From the NCBI GenBank assembly GCA_964532205.1, contig CAZHGQ010000003.1, positions 4,382-68,381 on the forward strand: DNA of 64,000 nt. Reading direction: 5' to 3'. Below are positions 18,369 to 32,200 of the stretch, piece after piece; the first letter of the stretch is position 1; each line of letters opens with the position of its first letter. The translations under genes were made by a program, and so were the position numbers. The notes below the pieces were generated by a model, which saw nothing but the letters and a program-made list of their open reading frames with translations, had not been told where the DNA came from and made no database searches. This DNA is from an uncultured Candidatus Saccharibacteria bacterium (GTDB lineage Bacteria; Patescibacteriota; Minisyncoccia; Phycocordibacterales; JAKAEA01).

Positions 18369-19703
18369 ATGCGAACAATGAGCACAATTCTCACGGTGCT
18401 ACTCCCAGTATTTTTTGGGCTCAGTTTAGCCGTGACACACGCACAGATTCAATCCTCGACAAACCCTGAGGTTATTTTGAGTGTGAAAGGTTGTAACAAT
18501 AACGGTATTTGTGAAGCCGGACTCGGCGAGGATTACTTGATTTGTCCGTTGGATTGTAGCGCACCCGCTACAACGACACCGCCAACCATACCACCACCGA
18601 CAGGGCATGGTGGTAATGGTCAGTTGTTGCCGGCGTTGTACATCACGTCTATCAATCTTGAACAGCATCAGACAAGTGTGAAGGTGACGTGGGAAACATC
18701 AAATACAACCATCTCAAGTATTTTTTGGGGTGCCTTGCCAGATTATGAAATTGGTTCAATTGGTGGCACAGTCTATACCAAAAAACACAGCGTGACCATT
18801 GATGATTTGTCACCAAACACTCGCTACTATCTGCGTATTGACGCCAAAGATTTATATGGACAGGTCATGCAATATTCAGCTTCTTTTTTGACTCTGCCAC
18901 TTTCAACTGATCAAGCACCAGCCAATCCAACATCTGTGACTGTTGCTCCAACTCATGACGGGTTGTTAATCACCTGGGTTAATCCAAGCTCACCAGGTTT
19001 TGATGGCGTGGTCGTTGTTCGCTCGCCGTACAATTTCCCACACGATCCAGCCGACGGCAAAGTTATTTATCAGGGTAGGGGAAGTTACACAACTGATCCA
19101 GAAGGTGTGAGCGATAAAAAATATTTTTATACCATTTTCAGTTACGATGCTCAGGGCCGCTTCTCATCCGGTGTAGTTTTCACAAATCAATTAGCTAGCA
19201 CGACTCCTGACGTGGGCACGCAGTTCGCATTCGATAATTTATTATTCATTCAAGATGGTAAACCACTTAAAATCGTCGACACCTCAGTTACTGCACTCAA
19301 CAGTAGCGACCTCGTTGTGCTCTTGCCAATTGAAAAAATTAATGTTCGAGTGCGAAATGCATTTTTGAGCGTTGAGACACCAACTGGCGTAAATCGCTAC
19401 CTGATGCGATATGTCGAACAGGATGGAGCCTACGAAACTAAGATTAATGCCTACCAATATCCGGTAATGCGATATCCGATTTCGGTACTTATTCAGAGTA
19501 TCAATGACACCTATTACAAGACCTCTGGAAACCTCTATATAGCCAATAGTGAGGTCATTAGGGTGGGTTATGGTCATTATCCAGTCATGGTATTTTACGG
19601 TCTCCTATTACTCATTCTCTTCCTCGGACTATTGGCGCTTTTCACCTGGATTATTAGACGAATCGCTCGTTTAATTGCCTGGTTTAGGAGGTCAAAATCA
19701 TAG
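18369..19703 (+). CDS. Fibronectin type III-containing surface protein with Cys-rich motif and C-terminal TM
   Basis: CNNNGICE..GED...CPLDC; LSPNTRYY; ITWVNP; C-terminal hydrophobic helix with basic tail. Confidence 0.7.
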   Translation: MRTMSTILTVLLPVFFGLSLAVTHAQIQSSTNPEVILSVKGCNNNGICEAGLGEDYLICPLDCSAPATTTPPTIPPPTGHGGNGQLLPALYITSINLEQHQTSVKVTWETSNTTISSIFWGALPDYEIGSIGGTVYTKKHSVTIDDLSPNTRYYLRIDAKDLYGQVMQYSASFLTLPLSTDQAPANPTSVTVAPTHDGLLITWVNPSSPGFDGVVVVRSPYNFPHDPADGKVIYQGRGSYTTDPEGVSDKKYFYTIFSYDAQGRFSSGVVFTNQLASTTPDVGTQFAFDNLLFIQDGKPLKIVDTSVTALNSSDLVVLLPIEKINVRVRNAFLSVETPTGVNRYLMRYVEQDGAYETKINAYQYPVMRYPISVLIQSINDTYYKTSGNLYIANSEVIRVGYGHYPVMVFYGLLLLILFLGLLALFTWIIRRIARLIAWFRRSKS

Positions 19704-19730
19704 TCTAAAATAGGTCAATTTTTTGCTCAA

Positions 19731-19760
19731 AAGCTTATCCACAGTGGATAGGTTTTTTTG
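19731..19760. terminator. Hairpin with T-tract containing a DnaA-box consensus
   Basis: CTTATCCAC-A-GTGGATAGG then TTTTTTT; TTATCCACA at 19735-19743. Confidence 0.5.
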
Positions 19761-19863
19761 AACGTAATTTTATGCCTCACATGATAAAATTAGGGCATAA
19801 AATAAGAGTATCTCGGATGAACGAGGCGGTCGAAAAAACCTCGGTAAACCGATATTTGTATAT

Positions 19864-20235
19864 ATGGAACACCTACATAAATTAATTTCACTTCGTGAGG
19901 CTTCAAACATCTCAGGTTATAACCCTGACTACCTTAGCTCACTCATTCGTTCAGGCAAAATCTACGGTAAAAAGATCGGCAAAAGCTGGTTAACTACCGA
20001 AGACGATATTAGAAAATATTTAAAGGCAAATGGCAACCAAGGTCGAATCTTCCGGGCTAAGTTTCCACGGGTGGCTAAAGTCGGGGCATTACTCCTAGCT
20101 GTGGCAGCATTCGTCGCTGTGACTGTACTGGGTTTTTATGCTGCGGTTTATCAGCGTGGGTATGACCAGGCCAAAAATACCGCTAATGCAAATCAACCAT
20201 TTCAAACATTAGACACCGATCCACTTCGTTATTAA
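19864..20235 (+). CDS. Excisionase-like HTH protein with C-terminal TM helix
   Basis: ISLREAS..SGY.PDYL..LIRSGKI.GKKIGKSW followed by a hydrophobic helix. Confidence 0.8.
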   Translation: MEHLHKLISLREASNISGYNPDYLSSLIRSGKIYGKKIGKSWLTTEDDIRKYLKANGNQGRIFRAKFPRVAKVGALLLAVAAFVAVTVLGFYAAVYQRGYDQAKNTANANQPFQTLDTDPLRY

Positions 20236-20241
20236 TTTAGG

Positions 20242-23200
20242 ATGAGCGTTTTTCTTGTAAAAAAATCATATTCCCAAAAAATTGCTGCCATTCTGATCAC
20301 GTCAATCTTCACCCAACTCATTTCAGGTTTTTTGGCGCCTTCATACGCTCAGGCGGCTATTAACAAACAAATTAATTATCAGGGTAAACTCACTAACACT
20401 TCAAATGTTGCGGTTACTGATGGTAGCTACAACATGCGATTCAAACTCTACACCTCACTCACTGGTGGTGTGGCAATTTGGACAGAAGATAATTTGGTTA
20501 CAAACGGTCAGGGTGTTCCAGTTACAAACGGTCTCTTCAGTATCATGCTTGGTTCGACAACTGCACTCACGGGTGTTGATTTCAATCAAACACTGTATCT
20601 CGGTGTGACTATCGGTGGCACAAGTGGTACACCGAGCTGGGATAGTGAAATGTCACCACGCAAAATTTTGGGTGCTGTGCCTGCGGCTATGATCGCCGAT
20701 ACATTGCAGGGCTATAATGCGACACAATTCATTCGTTCAGATGCGGCCAACTCAACCTCGACTTCAAACACCTATCTTTCAATTGCTAATACCGGTGCTG
20801 GTAAAGTGGCTGAATTCTTTGGGGCGAGCTCAAATTCTGTTCTGAGTATTTTATCTGGTGGTAATGTGGGTATCGGAACTACAACGCCGGGGTCAAAGTT
20901 ACAAATTGCTGCTGATCAGGCGGGGTTGGCCGACCGCATGCAGGTTACGATCACTGGCGCCACAAATCCTCTAAAAGGGTTAACACTTGGATACGACACG
21001 ACAAATAATATTGGCCACATATATTCTCGTATTGCAGGTTCTGGTCCTTCGGCACTGAGTTTCAACAACGGTCAATTGTACGTAGCTTCTGGAGGAAATG
21101 TGAGCATTGGTACTACATCTCCTTCTACAAAATTACACGTGGTTGGCACAAGCGAGCAGCTCCGACTTGGTTACGATCTGACTAACTACGGAAGCTTCAC
21201 CGTTGCAAGCAACGGTATCATGACTATTCAACCAACGTCCTCACTTTTATTACGTGCAGCCGGCGGTAACTCAGTTCAGCTTGGTATCGCTTCAACAAAC
21301 TATTTTTCATTGAGTAGTTTATATGCCACCTTCTCAACCGTTAGTGTCGGTATTGGTAGTACAACACCAGCTGCACTACTTTCAGTTGCTGGTAACACAT
21401 ACCTCACCGGTGGCTTAGGTGTTGGTACACTGAACACTTCAGCTGGCACACTTGTTACAAGTGGCGGCGCAACAATTGGCGGTTACACTTCAATTTCAAT
21501 CAATGCTGATGCCACATCTGCTAATCAGCAAGTTTTGACAGTGGCGAATAATTTTACAGGTCAAAATGTTGCTTATAATTTTGCGCTTGATAGTTCAAAA
21601 CGTCTTCACTTAAATGGTCAGTCAGGCGGTTCTGCTTTTATGTTCGATAGTAGTGGTGGTGTGAACCGTTTCATTATCCAAAACAATGGTTACGTGGGTA
21701 TTGGTAATAGTGGGCCAGGATATCCATTGGATATTGGTATCGGTGCTGACGCAACAGCTAAGACAGCTGACTTCAGAACATTAAATATTTCTAACACCGC
21801 TACTTCATCATCAAGTTTTACAAAATCGGGCATTCAAATTTCTTCAACTGGTTCATGGACTGGTTCAAATATCGGTTTGTATATCTCCTCAGTTACTGGT
21901 GGTACAAATAATTACGATGCAATTTTTAACGGTGGTGGTAATGTCGGTATTGGTACCACATCACCAGCCACAACTCTCAGTGTCACAGGTAGTGGTTATT
22001 TTACAGGTGGTCTAGGTGTTGGTGTACTCAATACAACGACGGGTACATTACAAACCGCTTCTACTGCAACGTTTGGCGGGCGAGTAATTATAAACACAAC
22101 ACTTACAGATGCGGATTCGGGCAGTCCTGCGATCGATGTAAATGGTGCTCTTTTAAGGATTGGTGATGGTGCTGGTGGTCAGGTATTTGCCAATGGAGTT
22201 GGTATTAAATTTCATGATGGTGGTGTATCTCATGCAAGCATTAAGTATATTTCTGGTTCAAATAACGCAGAGCGCATTGATTTTTGTGGTTCGTCGTCAA
22301 GTGCAAACTTGGCATGTAGTTCAGTGCCAATTTTAAGCATCAGTAATCTTAATAGTGCGGGGGGTGGGAAAATAAGTGTTGGTACAACGAGTGTTTCAAC
22401 ACGTTTCTCTGTTGCTGTAACCGATGACACTGTTGGTATTCAGCAAATCAATAATGCTGGTAACACCACATTCCGCATTCGTAATGCTGGCACTCAAGCT
22501 CGCGGTGAATTGTATTTGGATGATAACGGTTCAAATAAAATTTTCTTCACCGCCAATGGCAGTTCATATTTTAATGGTGGTAGTTTGGGTATTGGCACCA
22601 CCTCACCTTGGAAAGCTCTCTCTGTCTCAGGTGACATGGTCCTCACCGGTGGTCTCTTCGACTCACTCTCGTCGGCTGGTTCAAATGGTATGGTGCTCCA
22701 GTCGACAGGTTCAGCTACAAAATGGGTGGCCACATCAACGTTAGGTTTTGCTTCTGCTACACAAATCGGTTCAGGTCTTCAGGGTCAGATACCGTTCTAC
22801 AACGCTAATGGTTCCAACTTAACCGCAACCTCATCTCTGTTTATTGCGCAGAGTAGTTTTGTTGGGATCGGCACCACTTCACCAGCTTCACTCCTTGCCC
22901 TCGAAGGTACGGGTCAATATTTATTTGATGCCAAAACAACAACTTCAGGTTTCAACGGTCACGTCCGAGTCGAATCTGGTGGTAATGGTACGTACTACAC
23001 TACCGCCTCAGCAGTTTTAACTCTTTCAAATTACACCGACACGCTAAAGTATCGACAATATGTTACTAATGGTAGTAACTTTGTTCTCGAAAATCCTTAT
23101 GGTGGTGCAGTATTGGCAAACGGTGGTTCTTCAAACAATTACACCAGTATTGGTACTTCAACCATCAGTGCTACCACCGCACGTTTGTGGGTAGTGGGCA

Positions 23201-26200
23201 TTGGTAACACGGCAACAACACCAGTTTTTCAAACAAGTGGTGTGAACGGTACGGTTAACTTTACTGTTCAGGGTGATGGTACAGTGGGTATTGGCACAAC
23301 ATCACCATATGCCAAACTTTCAATTGAAAACTCAAATGCAGGCGCAACAGTTGGTGAAGTCATTCATTTAACAACCGGTCACACTGGTTCTACCGTTCTT
23401 GAGCTTCGAACTGCTGGTACTGACAGTGGTAGAAATTTGTTAACTGGTTTTCGTTCAAGCACGGTTAAGACCGTACAAATAGATGCCATGGGTGGTATTA
23501 CGCAATATGACGCTTCAAGTAATATTCGAACATCGTTAAACGGTGGGGAAATAGGAGTTAATTATTTTTTGGATAAAGTTGGCATTGGCACCACATCACC
23601 AACTCATAAATTATTAGTGAGTTCAACTTCGCATAATGATATTTTTGCTCTAGAGCGTATTAGTGCGACACAAGGTAATCGATTTGATTTTAGAATTACC
23701 GCCGATCCAAATGGTGCTAATAATTTAGCCGCACGCTCACTGACAATTATGGCCAACACCTCTGCGGCAGATATTGCTTTGTTGGCTGATCCGGCGGTAA
23801 CAAGTCCACAGTTTGTTTTGAAGGCGAGCGGCAACGTTGGTATCGGCACCACAACTCCAGGCGCAAAACTTTCAATTGCTGGATCAGCTGGTGGCACAAC
23901 ACCGTTGTTTGCAATTTCGACTTCAACATCAGGTTTTGCCACAAACACTGCTTTTTATGTAAACTCAAATGGTTATGTTGGTATCAATGCCACAAACTTG
24001 TCTGATATCTTCACGGTCGGTGGCACAATTTCAAACTTTAGTATTGGCACAAACGGTGGGGTAAAGATTGGTTTCTTATCACAGTTGGTTAATGCCAACA
24101 GTCAGCGATTTACGAACTTTGCCGGCTCAGCCGCAGCTCCTGCGCTCAGTGCCAATGATTCTGGAAACAACACTGGTATTTTCTTTAATACATCATCAGA
24201 TACAATTGGTTTTTCAATCAATGGTAGTGAGGCTGGGCGATTTGATTCAACTGGATACTTTGGAATTGGTACTACATCACCATTTAGTACGCTTTCGGTT
24301 ACTGGCAACGCGTATATTGCAGGTAATCTTACTGCCACTGGCACATTGGCCATAACAAGCAGTGCTACATTCGCCGGCGGCACAATTGTTCTTAATGCTG
24401 ACGGAAGTGCGTCGTTCGCAAATGGTGGTGTTGTGTTAAATACCGATGGTACGATACAAGGATCAAATCTAGATCTTGGAGATGTGGGCTCAATGATTAC
24501 TGCAGCGGGTGCACAATTTGCTTATGGCACTGATCCGACCACACTCGATTACGGTATCAAACTGCTCGATACGGGTGCAATATATGTTTCAAATCAAATC
24601 GAGTTTAATGAATCTGCGGGGTATACCTATATCCGTGCTTCAGGTAGTTCTGTAAGCAATACAGATATACTTACTCTTGGAACTGGACACGGAGGACTTA
24701 ACATTTCAGATGGCGATTTAAACACAGAATATTTTTCAGTTCTCGGTTCTGGTAAAAGTAATCCCGGGTTTATAGGTATTGGCACCACAACCCCATGGAA
24801 AAAATTGTCTATAAGTGGCGACATGGTCCTCACCGGTGGTCTCTTTGACTCACTCTCATCAGCTGGTTCAAATGGTATGGTGCTCCAGTCGACAGGTTCA
24901 GCGACAAGGTGGGTGGCGACATCGACACTTGGTCTCAATGCAAGTCTCGTGGGTACAACAGGTCAAGTTGCATATTTTGATGGTACAAACTCAACGGTTG
25001 GTACATCCTCTATATATATAGGTACATCTGGCCGTGTAGCAATTGGTACAACAACTTTGACTGCAACCGGTTTAACTGTTGTTGGTACCGTGGGCACAGT
25101 CTTTGGTACATATTCAACTGCCAATGTGCCCATCATTACTATTTCAAATGGCAACAGTGAAGCTACACCAGTTGCAAGTATTAACGGCACCAACAGCGGT
25201 GTGACGCTTTACTCAAACTCAGCAACCGCGATGTCATTTAATGTGGGTTCGGCCGCTTCAACGGCTGGTTGGGTTTTCACCAACATGCAGCACGCATTAG
25301 TAAACCGCAGCGTAACCTCAATCACTAATAATGGTTATATTGGTATTGGTACGACAACCCCATATGCTCGTTTAGCAATTTCTGGTAATTCTGCATATAC
25401 ATACACACCAACACTTTTTGCGATTTCATCTTCAACAGCGGCTTTTGCTACAACAACGCATTTTGTAGTGAATGCTGATGGTAAGGTTGGCATTGGTAAC
25501 GATGCGCCATTTTACGCATTAGATGCACGATCGGCGGTAAGTGGTGGCACAATGCTTGTTTGGTCACGCGCTTCGGGATCAACAAACAATAGTGGTATTT
25601 TGATCTCAGCGGCTGACAATTCAGTGACTACAAACAATTATCACAAAGGTGGTATTTTCTTCCAGGGTGATAATACTGGTTTTGGACGTGGTAGTTTGTA
25701 TTTGGTAAATAACGGTACAGGTGATAGTTCCGTGGCAACAGTGGCTGATGCCAAGTTAACAATAAATAGTAGTGGATATGTCGGTATCGGCACCACAACT
25801 CCCGCAACTCGTTTGCAAATAGGGGATCTCAATGGTCAGTATGTGCAGGAGGATAATTCCGATGCTGGTTTCACAATTGGCTACAATAGTGCTGCCAGAA
25901 TACAACTTGCCCGCAATGCCTCAAGTATTTTCGGTGCTGCTTACGCTGCGGTAAACGGTGACGCTGGTATTAAGATCGGTCGAAATGGTGCATACAGTTA
26001 TATTGTCGGTGGTTCAAATCTTTTACTTAACCCTGTAGCCGGCAATGTCGGTATCGGCACCACCTCACCATTTGCTCAATTATCTATCGGCGGAGCAGTG
26101 GGCGGCACAGCAAATTTATTTGCCATCTCAACATCATCTGCGGCATACGCCACCTCAACGGTGTTTGTAATTAATTCTGCTGGTAATGTAACTCTACCTG

Positions 26201-29200
26201 TATCAACACAAACATTTGGTATTGGTGGGGGTACATTGACACAAGGTTCACAATCTAACTCACTAAAAATAAATAACCGCGCAGAAATTGGCGGCTCACT
26301 GGCAATTGGTACCACACTCAACAGTGATTATATGGTCAACATTCTGAATGCTAACTCTGGCAACAAAGTTGCTTTGAGAATTATGGGTATTAGTGGTACG
26401 GCTGATGGTGATTTCATCAAGATATATAGTCAGAACGGTTATACTGCCGGTAAAAATGTATTCAATGTCGACAATCGCGGTAATTTAATAATCGGTGCCT
26501 ATGATGCGATTGATGATCACTCAACTGTACGTAAGGCATTGGTAGATTTGCGACCAATTCTTTCAAGTGATGTTGGACTTACTATCACTGCAACATCGAC
26601 GCAAAATGCTCCACTGTTTGCTTTGTTAAGTTCTGCCGGAGCAACCACTTCTGTCTTTACATCAGCTGGCTGGCTTGGTATTGGTACTACAAGTCCGGCC
26701 GCAAAAATTCACTTAACAACCGCTCTATCGGGTGTAACACCAAATGCAGATGCCGATGAATTCTTTATTGAAAATTCTGGAAACACAGGTTTGACTATTG
26801 GTTCTGGTGTAACTGGTACAGGGAATATTTATTTTGGAGATAGTGGCGCTGCTACTCAGGGCCGAATAACCTACAATCATACAGATGACTATCTTTCTAC
26901 ATATGTAAATAACACTGAAATAACTCGCCAAACTGGTACCGGAGTTTTTAATGTTTTAACAAAACTTACTGTTGGTGTTGGTCTGGGTTCTGGTACTGGT
27001 GTTACAACAATGTATGTAAGTAACGCTGCTTTAGGTGATGTTATTGGTATAACCCTAAAAGGATATGCCGGCCAAACTGTTAATTTACAGGAGTGGCAGA
27101 ATTCATCCGGAACCGCATTGGCTGCAGTAACAGCAAACGGTTCAATCGTTGTTGGTTCAAACAAGATTTTTCTTACGGCCAGTGGCGATTCTTTCTTTGA
27201 TGGTGGTAGTGTGGGTGTTGGCACAACAACGCCTGGTGGAAAATTACACATTCTTGGAACCACAGAGCAACTCAGACTAGGTTACGATGCTTCAAATTAT
27301 TTCTCAACAACCCTTGGTTCAAGTGGTAATGTGACCTGGGATGCTGTCGGAGCTGGTGCATCGTTTACTCTCAATGATGCATTAACTATTAACGCCAATG
27401 CTGGACTAAGCATTAAATATGCTGGTGTTGAAGTTTTGAAAACGACTAAAGGCACGGTGGGTAGTAGGAGTGTTGGTTTGTTTTTGGATAATAAATGGGA
27501 TCAGTCTTGGACACCAATGGTAGTGCGTGGCCATGCCGCTCAGACTGCAGATTTACTTGATTTTATGGATGGTAGTAACAATATTTTGACAAGTATTACC
27601 TCAGCTGGCTGGCTTGGTATTGGTACCAGCTCGCCATATCAAAATCTTTCTGTTGTTGGAAATTCAATGGTTACAGGTACGTCATACTTTATTACTAGTG
27701 GTACATACCTTACCAACTCAGGAAGTGGTCCGCAATTAATGTTGGACAGCGCACGAAATGCATATGTTATGGCTGAAACTTCAGGTAGTTCACTTGAGCT
27801 TAATGCTAACGGTGGCATAACATTTAAAGATAGTGGTACTGTTGGTATGCGTTTGGGTCCTACAAGTGGTGGTATTTCTATTGGTAGCGGTTATGCTTCA
27901 ACAGATCCAGGAAATGGTAGTTTGATATTGTCTGGTAGTTTGGGGATCGGCACCACCTCACCTTGGAAAACTCTCTCAGTCTCAGGTGACATGGTCCTCA
28001 CCGGTGGCCTCTTCGACTCACTCTCATCAGCTGGTTCAAATGGCTATGTTCTTCAGTCAACGGGCTCAGCTACAAAGTGGGTAGCAACTTCGACACTTGG
28101 CTTTGCTTCTGCTACACAGATTGGCTCAGGTCTTCAGGGTCAGATACCGTTCTACAACGCTAATGGTACAGATCTTACAGCAACCTCATCTCTCTTTATT
28201 TCACAAAGTGGCAAAATTGGAATTGGTACAACATCACCAACAGAACTTCTGAGTCTTTCTGGTGGCAATATGAATCTTCAAATTCATAATACCAATGCCA
28301 CACTTAACACCTCTGGTTGGTTCTTGTCTGAAGGGCGTCCTGGTTGTTTCGACGGTTACTTCATGATTGCCACAAGCTCGGCATGTACTGCTACTCCAGC
28401 GTTTTCAATCAGCAACAGCGGTGCTGTGAACTTTGGACTTGGCGTAAGTGTTACAGATGGTCAGGGTTTTAACTCAGGTTCGAGTGGTTCGTTGGCATTC
28501 TACAAACCATTTACAGGTACAACAGAAGGTCAGTTGTATTTCCGTGGTGCAACAAGTGCTGATGCAATCTTTACGGTCCGTGGTTACTATCATAACGGTT
28601 CATGGAATCAGCAGGATATTATGACGTGGCGTGGTGGTACAGCTGGTGCTCGTGTTGGTATCGCTTCGTCAACACCGTGGGGTATGTTGTCTGTGAATCC
28701 CAACGGTATTTCCGGTCCGGCATTTGTAGTCGGTTCTTCTACAGCAACTAATTTAATTGTCACAAATGGTGGAAAGGTTGGTGTCGGTCTTACCAACCCA
28801 ACATCACTCCTAGAAGTCAACGGTTCATTCTCAGCTGTAACGTCAAACATCGGTACGGCACAGGGTACTGTTATCACTGCAAACACAAACTTCCGTGTCT
28901 ATTCATCATACGAAGGCACTGAAACAGCTAACATTGCAGAATACTCAGGCTACTTTGCTTCAGCATACTCGAAAAGGTTTGAGTACAATGCTACCGGTAT
29001 TGGTTTTTATGGTGCTACTCCGATTGCAAAACCAAGTTCAACAACTGATCTTCGACAGGCGCTGATTAACCTTGGACTCTACACCACAGGCGGTGCTACT
29101 CCTCTTAACTTAAATGGGGGAACGTTGTTGTCGGGTACTGCTGGGGTGGGTACATCGACTCCATGGAAAACTCTCTCAGTCTCAGGTGACATGGTCCTCA

Positions 29201-32200
29201 CCGGTGGTCTCTTCGACTCACTCTCATCAGCTGGTTCAAATGGTATGGTGCTCCAGTCGACAGGTTCAGCGACAAAGTGGGTAGCGACTTCAACGCTGGG
29301 TCTTGCTTCTACGCTTGTTGGTACAACTGGTCAAGTTGCATATTTTAACGGCACAAATTCAACAATCGGCACCTCATCAATCTCCATTGGTACTAATGGA
29401 TATGTTGGTGTCGGCACAAGCACGCCACTTTTCAAATTACATATTTCAGATGAAACATCTGCACCAATAGTTGCGATTCAGGGTGTATTCAATAGTGATG
29501 CAATTAGTCCAAAATTGTTTTTGGGTGAAAATTCGAATACAGGTTTCGGTATTCAATATCTCGGTTCAGCAAATCGATTCGACATCTTTAGTATGAATAA
29601 TGGCGCGTGGGCTGTGAACGAAACACCACGTCTATCTATTGCTCGAGATTCTGGCTATGTTGGTATTGGTACAACATCGCCGGGGTATATGCTCTCAGTT
29701 ACTGGCAGTATGTCAGCAGATAATGTTATTGCTTCATACTTCACCTCAACCTCAACAAATGCCACATCAACATTTAAAGGAAATATTATTGGCGGCTATA
29801 CAAATAACGTCTACGCAAGTAATTACTCTATCGCTGTCGGTGATGCCTCAACGGGCGCTGGTTACACATTAGCGGCATCAGGCAATGGTTCGGCCGCCTT
29901 CGGTCGTGTGGTGCCTGTTATTGGATCAGGTGGTGTAATTAGGGCTTCGGGTTCAGGTTCATTTGCAACAGGTGATATAGTTTCTATTACTGGTACTCCA
30001 ACAATCTTGGCTTCAGGTGGTGGTGCTGTTGCTCACGGTCACAACGAAGGTAGTGGTGCGATCACTGCCTCAGGTTCAGGTTCATTTGCAATTGGTTATT
30101 TAAATACTAATAGCATTACCGCTTCAAACACCGGCTCATTTGCCGGCGGTACTGGCGCAAGTGGTAATGTGGTATCGTCTGGCGCTGGCTCATTTGCTTG
30201 GGGTACAAATATTACCGCTTCAAATAGTTATAGTATTGCCTTTGGTTCAGGTTATACCAACGGTACTGCTAGTACGTTCCAGGTTGGCTTCTCATCAACA
30301 CCAACACTGACTGTTAATAGTACATCCGTTGGTATCGGTACTACCACACCATGGAAAAATCTTTCAGTTACAGGTGATATGGTTTTAACTGGTCGCTACT
30401 ATGACTCACTCTCATCAGCTGGTTCAAATGGCTATGTTCTTCAGTCAACGGGCTCAGCTACAAAATGGGTAGCAACATCGACGTTAGGTTTTCTATCATC
30501 GAGTGTGGTCTCAGGTCTTGGCACAAACTATATACCTAAGTGGAATGGTTCAGCATTTGCCGAAAGTCAGTTTTATGACAACGGTTCAAGTGTGGGTCTG
30601 CAAATGACTTCGCCACTACACACCCTAGATATCGGTTACTCTGGATCATATGGTGGATATATGCAGGGTGAAGCAGGTATCTTGGCTATGGGTGAGAGTC
30701 AGATGTCGCTCGGCGCATACGACCCCTTTTCTTCTCCAGTTAACCTGTTAACCCTCAACGGAACCGGCTTGGTCAGCGTAGTTAATGCTGATATGGAACT
30801 CGATGCTGGCCGACGAATGTATTACCGTGGTACCGATCATAATGGCTCTCTGTATTATGCTGGGGAAGGTCCATTTGCCGGCGCTCTTATTTTTGAATCA
30901 TATCCAAGTAATAACGATGGTTGGTTGTTCAAGAATCAAAATGGTGTAAGCATTTTGACACTTAGTGCCGGTGATACAGGTCAGACATTATACACTCCAG
31001 CAAATGTTGGTTTGGGTACCACAACTCCATGGAAAAAACTGTCTATAAGTGGCGACATGGTCCTTACTGGCGGTCTCTTCGATTCACTCTCATCAGCTGG
31101 TTCAAATGGCTATGTTCTTCAGTCAACGGGCTCAGCTACAAAATGGGTAGCAACATCAACGCTAGGTATTACCGCAAGTCTCACCGGTACAACAGGTCAG
31201 GTGGCCTACTTTAATGGTACCAACTCAGCTATTGGTACTTCATCTTTGTTCTTGGCAACGAGTGGTAACGTTGGGGTCGGCACAACATCACCATACGCCA
31301 CACTCTCAATAAACAAATCATCCGCCGCAAACTATGACCGTGTTATTAGTGCAAATATTGCTGGTAAAGAAGTCTTTGGTGTTGGACAGTATGATGCCTC
31401 GTCAAATTCTGCCTTTTACTTTGGTTCATCTGACGGTGTTTCAAATCCATATGTCCGTCTATTTGCTGGTCCAGCTGGCGGTGGAACACTAAGTTTCAAC
31501 GCGTATTTCACCTACTTTAACAGCTCGGCTGGCACGCAGTTTACTGGTGGCCCTGCACAATGGCAGGAAACGGGAACACCGACATCTGCTGCAACTCAGA
31601 AATCATCAAACATAATTGAGTTCAGGTCTGGTGTGTGGAATGGTTCAACAAATGGAAATCATATTCATCAAATTTACAACGCTGTTTCAACAACGGTGAA
31701 CTTACAGGACCGAATAGCGTTTAACTTAAACCGAGCAAATCAGATGGGCGGTACTTCATACGAGGCAATGTCTATCATGTATGACGGTGTAGCAAGTGGT
31801 CGAGTAGGAATTGGATCAACTACGCCATGGGCAAAGTTGTCGGTGAGCGCAATTGCTGCTGATGGTTCAGCGCCGTTGTTTGCGATTGGTTCTTCAACCG
31901 CAACGCAATTTATGATTGACAATACTGGCAAAGTTGGCATCGGTACAACATCGCCATACGCTACACTTTCACTCGGTGCGCCAGCAGGAAGTGAAATGTT
32001 TGCAATAGGTTCTTCAACAACGCCATTTAAGATAGATAAACAGGGAAAGGTAATTATTCGAGCATTGGCGGCGACGGACGGTGTTGGAACTAACGCTCCA
32101 TTCCAAGTACAAAACGAAGGTGGTACGGTCATTGCCTATATCCGTCAAGATGGCGGTATGTATAGTACCTTTATGTCTACAGCGGACAATGCTACGGCTG

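Noticed and set aside
15833-19743. oriC
   Set aside because: Only isolated DnaA boxes, no dnaA/dnaN and no switch in gene orientation
22606-31167. Repeats as a CRISPR array or DGR template/variable pair
   Set aside because: They are long, in-frame, kilobases apart and differ mostly at synonymous sites rather than adenines; no cas or reverse transcriptase gene in the window
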